Of a stretch of 64,000 bases of DNA, positions 58,565 through 64,000 are shown one piece after another. Made by a program: the position numbers and the translations under genes. The stretch comes from an uncultured Verrucomicrobiae bacterium. Lineage in GTDB: Bacteria > Verrucomicrobiota > Verrucomicrobiia > Opitutales > JABDGR01. The notes beneath the pieces were generated by a model. That model searched no databases, had not been told where the DNA came from, and saw only the letters and a program-made list of their open reading frames with translations. Position 1 is the stretch's first letter, and each line of letters opens with the position of its first letter. The stretch lies in NCBI GenBank assembly GCA_963765205.1, contig CAVXVB010000005.1, forward strand, positions 480,001 to 544,000. The letters are read 5' to 3'.

Positions 58565-60013
58565 CTACACCTTGTCCGGCACGACGAAGGGTTTGCGGTA
58601 TTCAGTGGTAAGGAGAGCGTTCGCGTCGTCGCTGTTCGTGAATTTTTCCGTCTTCGGGTCGAATTCCAGCGCCGCACCGAGGGTCGCGGACGTTTTGTCC
58701 AAATCCACGCCATTCAAGCTGAGGTGCGCCGCCATCCGCTCGAAGGCCTCGCTCATCGTCGCATTGCCCTTGATTTGCTCGCGGATGACGCCGCCCGGCT
58801 GGGCCTTGCCGACGCGATAGGAAATGTTGGCCAAATGGCAGAGCGAACTGGAAAGGAACCCCTCCGTGATGGGCGCGTGCAGGTCGCTCACTTTGCGGCT
58901 GCGCACGGCGGCGATGAAGTTTGCCTCATGGTTCGACCCCCCGGAAAAATCCTTCAGCACCTTGCCGTCTTTGTCGGTGGCCTGCGCGCTGGTGTAAGTC
59001 GCCGGCACGATGACCCGCCCGCCTTCACATTCCACAATCACCCCGACGCTCTGGTTGTAAACTTTGTCCATCAGGGTGCTGCCCAGCCGCACCGGCAGCC
59101 CATGCACTTCAAAAATGAGCGGCGCGTTTTTATAGTCATGGACGACGGCCAGCGTATTTGGCGTTTCCCCGTCGTCCACATAACTCAGCCGCCCGCCGAT
59201 GCTGAGCACGCGCGGCGAGAGCGCCAGCTCGCCGAGGAACCAGCGCGCGATGTCCATCTGATGCACGCCCTGGTTGCCGATGTCGCCGTTGCCGTAGGGC
59301 CATTGCCAGTGCCAGTCGTAATGCAGCTTCGTGCGGCGCAGCGGCGCCTGCGGCGCGGGGCCGAGCCACAAATCGTAGTTCACCGTTGGCGGCACCGGCT
59401 GCGGCCCGGTCGTCAGGCCGATGCTGGCGCGCCGCTTGTAGCACAGGCCGCGCGCGGAAAGGATTTTTCCAATATTGCCCGCGCGCACCCACGCCACCGC
59501 CTCGATGATGCTGTCACTCGAGCGGGCTTGCGAGCCGACCTGGATGATGCGCTGGTATTTGTCGGCGGCCTCGATGATTTTGCGCCCCTCCCAAATGTTG
59601 TGGCACACGGGCTTTTCCAGATACACGTCCTTGCCCGCCTGGCACGCCCAAATCGCCTGGAGCGCGTGCTGGTGGTTCGGCGTGACGATGAAGACGGCGT
59701 CAATGTTGCCCTTGGCCAGCATATCCCGGTAATCGGCGTAGGTGTTGATCGTGAGGCCCTGCGCGCGCAGCGTTTTCGCCATGCCGTCGAGCACCGCCGA
59801 ATCCACGTCGCACAGCGCCGTAATGCGCGCGCCGGCCACGCTGGCCAGCTCCTTGGTGATGATGTCCTTGCCGCGGTTGTTAAAGCCGACGATGCCCAGG
59901 CGCACGTCGCTGTTCGCGCCTGCCACCTGCGCCCACGAGCGCGGCCGCAGGGTCGCGGCGGCCGTCGCGACGCCGGTGGTCTTCAAAAATGCTCGCCTGG
60001 AAATCCGGGGCAT
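58565..60013 (-). CDS. Tat-exported Gfo/Idh/MocA oxidoreductase
   Basis: SRRAFLK, TPNHQHA, DVYLEKP, NQGVHQMD. Confidence 0.9.
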   Translation of the reverse strand: MPRISRRAFLKTTGVATAAATLRPRSWAQVAGANSDVRLGIVGFNNRGKDIITKELASVAGARITALCDVDSAVLDGMAKTLRAQGLTINTYADYRDMLAKGNIDAVFIVTPNHQHALQAIWACQAGKDVYLEKPVCHNIWEGRKIIEAADKYQRIIQVGSQARSSDSIIEAVAWVRAGNIGKILSARGLCYKRRASIGLTTGPQPVPPTVNYDLWLGPAPQAPLRRTKLHYDWHWQWPYGNGDIGNQGVHQMDIARWFLGELALSPRVLSIGGRLSYVDDGETPNTLAVVHDYKNAPLIFEVHGLPVRLGSTLMDKVYNQSVGVIVECEGGRVIVPATYTSAQATDKDGKVLKDFSGGSNHEANFIAAVRSRKVSDLHAPITEGFLSSSLCHLANISYRVGKAQPGGVIREQIKGNATMSEAFERMAAHLSLNGVDLDKTSATLGAALEFDPKTEKFTNSDDANALLTTEYRKPFVVPDKV

Positions 60014-60274
60014 GGGGTGGGGGGCGGAAAGAGATGGAGTGGAGGCACGCCATCCTAGCCCCGGCCGCCGTATGGCAAGCCGACAGTCAGCGAAGAAAAC
60101 CTACCCCCCGGAAACCATGGATGGCCTGGATAACACGGAACCACGAAATCAAATAATAATATCAACTAAAAATTTTTATCAAATCTCTGGCCGCCTCCCA
60201 TTCATCCCATCCCTCCCATTTGTCCCATCCGTGGTAAAAAATTTCCCGAAAAAACACCAAAATTTCGCAAAAAG

Positions 60275-60427
60275 TTTTTCACAAGTTATTCACCGCGGGG
60301 TTATTCGCAGCCGTGAATAAGTGGTTCATTGGTTTATTCACTTATTTTCATGCACTAAGCCCCTGTTGGCGGCGAACTTGCGAAGTTGTTCACATGGGTG
60401 AAATTTTTATTACGCCAATGCTTCACA
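60275..60427. promoter_or_regulatory. Cluster of DnaA-box-like 9-mers
   Basis: TTTTTCACA 60275, TTATTCACC 60286, TTATTCGCA 60301, CGTGAATAA 60312, TTATTCACT 60334, TTGTTCACA 60386; compared with consensus TTWTNCACA. Confidence 0.55.
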
Positions 60428-60463
60428 AGTTACTGGATGGGGAAGTTTTTTTGCGCCAACCCC

Positions 60464-60510
60464 TTGCGAAAATTTGCCCCCTATGCGATAGTGCGCACGG
60501 TTCTTTGAGA
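60464..60510 (+). promoter_or_regulatory. Sigma-70 promoter (extended -10) followed by a boxA-like element
   Basis: TTGCGA-N17-GATAGT with TG at 60484-85; GTTCTTTGAGA at 60500-60510. Confidence 0.6.
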
Positions 60511-61405
60511 GAACGGAAGGTTTGCGCAGGGGTTGCCTCGCAAGAGGTGGCCCACCGGCGGGGCCTTCTGGGATAATCCCGGGTAACCGGGGAAAGGTCG
60601 GGGTTAGTTGGTAGTCCCGGCCCCTCGCGGTCAGTCCCCATCTTCGGATGACGGACGCCCGAGGCATGTTTCACCCCTCCCGCCTTGGCGAGTCGCATCG
60701 CCGGGGTTCCTATTGCGACAAAAGGGAGGCGGCGGCCAGGTGCGCAAACGAATGCGCCACCAAGCCGAATGAGGACTGTGGCTGGTTCGTAGCCGCAGTC
60801 AACACAGGGTGACCCCAAGGATTGGGTCAAATTTGACTACCCTGCATACCAATCTGCCGGACACGGAGTCACGAGGGCACCTCGTGGGAAGGCTTTTCCC
60901 GGATGGGAAGAGTACGTAAAGCTCCGGGCCAGGCGGGAGGCGCGACGGTTCCAGAAGCGGGAGCCGCCCGGCCTGCATCACAGCCGTGGGCGCGCAAATA
61001 ACGCGTCGGCGGCCTGCACCATCAAATGTCCATTGAGGGATAAGAGGCAAGACCCGTACCCTTCAGGCCAACGCTCCGGGGGCAGTTCCCGGGGGCCGAC
61101 CTGAAGGACAGCGGTGACGAGGCTGTGTCGCAGCAGTCTCACCACCATGTGCGGCGCACTTCCCCGGCAGGGGATGGGCGAACCGTGCTGAAAGGCCTCA
61201 CCCAACAATCGCCGGGAGCAATCCGGGCGGCGGTCCTGCCAAGAGACCGATAATTCCGCGTTGCCGCGGGAACTGGCGTCGAGGAGCCGGCCGCCCACCT
61301 GCGAAGGTGCGAGCGCCCAAGGACCGGCGAATGGGAAAGAGCGTGTGGCGAGCGCCCACCCCCGTTTTTAGGCCCCGGAAGTTGCAAAACCTCCGGGGTC
61401 TTTTA
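60499..61405 (+). ncRNA. Giant structured non-coding RNA, probably MISL-class
   Basis: About 900 nt with no credible ORF; many GNRA/UUCG-capped stems with G-U pairs on the + strand; long-range helix 60520-28/60741-49; pseudoknot 60692-97/60714-19; own promoter and terminator. Confidence 0.78.
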
Positions 61406-61410
61406 ATTTT
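61370..61410 (+). terminator. Intrinsic terminator
   Basis: ggccccggaagtt-gcaa-aacctccggggtc followed by ttttaatttt. Confidence 0.8.
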
Positions 61411-61461
61411 GGCTGTTTCATTCGCTTGCCCGCCGCGCGGTTTTGCGCTTTTCCTTCTTCC

Positions 61462-62499
61462 ATGTCCGTTGACGCAACTAAGACCGCCCCCAGCGATGCT
61501 CCCCCCGCCCGCAAGGTCATCCTCACCTGCGCGCAGCCGACGGGGGCGCTGCATTTGGGCAATTACCTGGGGGCCGTCCAGAACTGGCGGCGAATGCAGG
61601 ATGACTACGAGTGCTACTTCGGCGTCGTAGATATGCACGCCATCACCCTGCCGTATGAGCCGGCCAAACTGCGGGCCTCCACGCTGGAACTGGTCGCGTG
61701 GTATATCGCCTGCGGACTCGATCCGGCCAAGGCGCATTTCTTTATCCAATCCCATGTCATCGGCCATGCCGAACTGGCCTGGGTGCTCGGTTGTTTGTGT
61801 CCGCTGGGCCAACTCGAGCGCATGACGCAGTTCAAGGACAAGTCCGCCAAGCAGGAGAGCATCGGCGCCGGACTGCTCTATTACCCGGTGCTGATGGCGG
61901 CGGACATCCTGCTCTATAATGCCGACGCCGTGCCCGTGGGCGAGGATCAGAAACAGCACCTCGAACTCGCGCGCGACCTCGCCGAAAAATTCAACCGCAC
62001 CTATTCTCCGACCTTCAAGGTGCCCGAGCCGTTTATCGCCAAGACCGGCGCACGCATCGCCTCGCTCGCGAACCCGGAGAAAAAAATGTCCAAGTCCGAC
62101 GAAGACCCCTCCGGCACGCTTTACCTGAACGACCCGCCCGCGGTGTTGCGCAAAAAAATCATGTCGGCCGTCACCGACTCCGGCGGCGAAGTTGTGGCGC
62201 GCGACGACAAGCCCGGCGTGACGAATTTGCTGCACATCCTCAGTGCCGTCACCGGCCGTGCGCTGTCGGAACTCGAAGCTGAATTTGCGGGCCAAGGCTA
62301 TGGTGCGTTTAAAGGCGCGGTCGCCGTTGCCGTCATCGCCACGCTCGAGCCCGTGCAGAAAAAATACGCCGAGTTGATGGCGAGCAAGGATCACTTGCTC
62401 GAAGTCATCAAAACCGGTGGCGACGTTGCGCAGAAGACGGCCTACAAAACCCTCGCCAAAGTTTACCGCAAAGTCGGCTTCCTCGAACGCGCGCGATAA
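61462..62499 (+). CDS. trpS: Tryptophan--tRNA ligase
   Basis: QPTGALHLGNY, RMTQFKDK, YPVLMAADIL, VPVGEDQKQH, KMSKS. Confidence 0.96.
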   Translation: MSVDATKTAPSDAPPARKVILTCAQPTGALHLGNYLGAVQNWRRMQDDYECYFGVVDMHAITLPYEPAKLRASTLELVAWYIACGLDPAKAHFFIQSHVIGHAELAWVLGCLCPLGQLERMTQFKDKSAKQESIGAGLLYYPVLMAADILLYNADAVPVGEDQKQHLELARDLAEKFNRTYSPTFKVPEPFIAKTGARIASLANPEKKMSKSDEDPSGTLYLNDPPAVLRKKIMSAVTDSGGEVVARDDKPGVTNLLHILSAVTGRALSELEAEFAGQGYGAFKGAVAVAVIATLEPVQKKYAELMASKDHLLEVIKTGGDVAQKTAYKTLAKVYRKVGFLERAR

Positions 62500-62524
62500 G
62501 CGCTTTGTTGAAACCGACTTGCTC

Positions 62525-62553
62525 CGTAGCGCGGGCTGAAGCACCGCGCTACG
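62525..62553. repeat. GTAG-type REP-like palindrome
   Basis: cgtagcgcgggctgaagcaccgcgctacg. Confidence 0.85.
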
Positions 62554-62663
62554 AAACTGGCCTTGGCCGCAAAGTGCGGATTCCCCTCAAAAAATCCGCG
62601 AAATGAGCCTTGACAAGTCAACTCTGTAATGCAAAGCTAACGACCAGCCACCCATCCTCCGCC

Positions 62664-63251
62664 ATGGCCTTACCCCTGCTGCTTGCGCCGTCCGTTCCCG
62701 CTTGGGAGATGCTCACCCGCGTCGCCGCGCCCGCCGCAGCGATGTCCGGTGCGTTTCCGGGGTCGGCCGAGGGTTGGATGATACCCGCCGCGCTTTTATT
62801 GCCTTTGACGCCCTTGTTTGGGCCGGCTGACTCGACCGGCGCGGAAAACTACCTCGCCGGCCTGCAGGCCGAGCATTTGCTGGGTTCGTGCGTTTTACCG
62901 GCGGGCAACCGGCGGCGCGGGCCGTTGGCCTGGCTGGGGGTCGCCCTGCGCGACCAGGGGCGCAAGCTCTTTGCCGACCTGCGCGGCGGTTGCTGGATTC
63001 CCGGGTTTCCGGCGATTGGGCGGGGCCGGGAACTGTTGCGCGCGGCGGGGATCGCCGATGGCGCAGGTTTGGCCGCAGCCTTGCTCGAACTGGGCCTGCC
63101 CGGCACGGTTGGCCCCGAGTTATATTTCAACATCCACGATGCCCAGCCCGGCCAGGAGTGCGCGCGGGTTTATGTCCTCGACGCCTCGGCCCGGCGCCTG
63201 CACGGCTTTGCCCTGCCGCCATCCGCGCTTGCGCCATGGGGGGCGAAATGA
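62664..63251 (+). CDS. Hypothetical protein
   Basis: ORF downstream of TTGACA at 62610 and abutting the next gene; no family recognised. Confidence 0.5.
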   Translation: MALPLLLAPSVPAWEMLTRVAAPAAAMSGAFPGSAEGWMIPAALLLPLTPLFGPADSTGAENYLAGLQAEHLLGSCVLPAGNRRRGPLAWLGVALRDQGRKLFADLRGGCWIPGFPAIGRGRELLRAAGIADGAGLAAALLELGLPGTVGPELYFNIHDAQPGQECARVYVLDASARRLHGFALPPSALAPWGAK

Positions 63252-63254
63252 TAG

Positions 63255-63935
63255 TTGGGAAGTGATAATTCAATCGCCGTGAAAACCTCGCTCCATGAAG
63301 CCTTGCGCCAAGTCCGCGACCTCCAGCAGGCGATTTTGGAGAAACAGCGATTCAAAGGCTACTCCGGCCGCGCCCGCGCCATGGGCGGTTGCGTCGCGCT
63401 GGCGGCAGGGATGATATTCGGCTCGGCATTCATGCCGGACACGCCACAGGCGCATTTGATGGGCTGGGGGATTGTTTTTGCGCTGGCGTTGGTGCTCAAC
63501 TATTGGGCGCTAATTTACTGGTTCTTGCACGACCCCGAAGTCGGGCGCGACACGCGCCGGTTGCGGCCCGCGCTGGAAATCGTCCCCTTGCTGGTGGTGG
63601 GCGGCGTGTTGACGGCGGCGCTGGCGCTGCACGATGAATTCAACCTCTTGTTCGGCATGTGGATGGCGATGTATGGGTTGATGAATTTCACGGCGCGGGC
63701 GGTGCTGCCGCGCGGGCTGTCCTGGGTCGGGCTTTATTATCTCTTGTGTGGCGTGCTCTGCCTGCTCGGCCTGCCGACTCTGTCGTTCACACGCGACGCC
63801 TGGGTGATGGGCATGGTGTTTTTCATCGGCGAATTTTTTGGCGGCCTCGTGCTGCACTATGACGAAAAGCCGCTGCCCGCGCTGCGCACGTTTTTTGGAT
63901 TTCCCGCCCCCGCCGGCACCGAAGAGGTCGAGTGA
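63255..63935 (+). CDS. Six-TM membrane protein
   Basis: LHEALRQVRDLQ...RFKGYSG followed by hydrophobic helices, GLSWVGLYYL, FFIGEFFGG. Confidence 0.75.
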   Translation: MGSDNSIAVKTSLHEALRQVRDLQQAILEKQRFKGYSGRARAMGGCVALAAGMIFGSAFMPDTPQAHLMGWGIVFALALVLNYWALIYWFLHDPEVGRDTRRLRPALEIVPLLVVGGVLTAALALHDEFNLLFGMWMAMYGLMNFTARAVLPRGLSWVGLYYLLCGVLCLLGLPTLSFTRDAWVMGMVFFIGEFFGGLVLHYDEKPLPALRTFFGFPAPAGTEEVE

Positions 63936-64000
63936 TTGCCCGCCAAAAACCAGCGACTAAAAACAAAAAACTAAATAACTTCCAAAGTTCATGTCCGACA

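Noticed and set aside
60313..61387. Short ORFs within the large intergenic region
   Set aside because: They overlap each other on both strands, lack host codon bias, and coincide with dense RNA structure.
60491..61405. Group II or group I intron, RNase P RNA, tmRNA or rRNA as the identity of the large RNA
   Set aside because: GTGCG at 60491 overlaps the -10 box and I found no canonical domain V/VI. There are no group I P7 motifs, no GAGGAAAGUCC or tRNA-like ends, no rRNA signatures, and no interrupted host gene.

Overview
GC-rich bacterial chromosome segment, most likely Verrucomicrobiota (Opitutae-like). This is inferred from an Amuc_1098-1102-type pilus cluster, an ECF sigma factor with a long repeat extension, and a MISL-like giant ncRNA. 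The backbone is housekeeping: galE, infC, amidase, metX, SRP RNA, lysS, lolCE/D, ndk, gcvT/H, cyclophilin, rplU-rpmA, rny, an EmrAB-NodT efflux system with LysR, and trpS. Four intact PIN-type TA pairs, one decayed TA pair and many intergenic palindromic repeats are scattered through it. Two things stand out. (1) At 25.6-30.3 kb two recombinase-free gene cassettes sit in tandem inside a split GTAG-REP/MITE palindrome. They share homologous left and right ends and join at GG dinucleotides, and the middle junction is a near-perfect inverted repeat centred on GG. Their cargo is a TOTE-type primase-helicase, a DUF3800 protein with a structured 3' RNA, and a small membrane ORF. This looks like a trans-mobilised, REP-targeting cassette system. 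(2) At 60.5-61.4 kb there is a roughly 900-nt, densely structured non-coding RNA with its own promoter, boxA-like site, pseudoknot and terminator, preceded by a cluster of DnaA-box-like 9-mers. All family calls come from motif recognition by eye; no database search was run.
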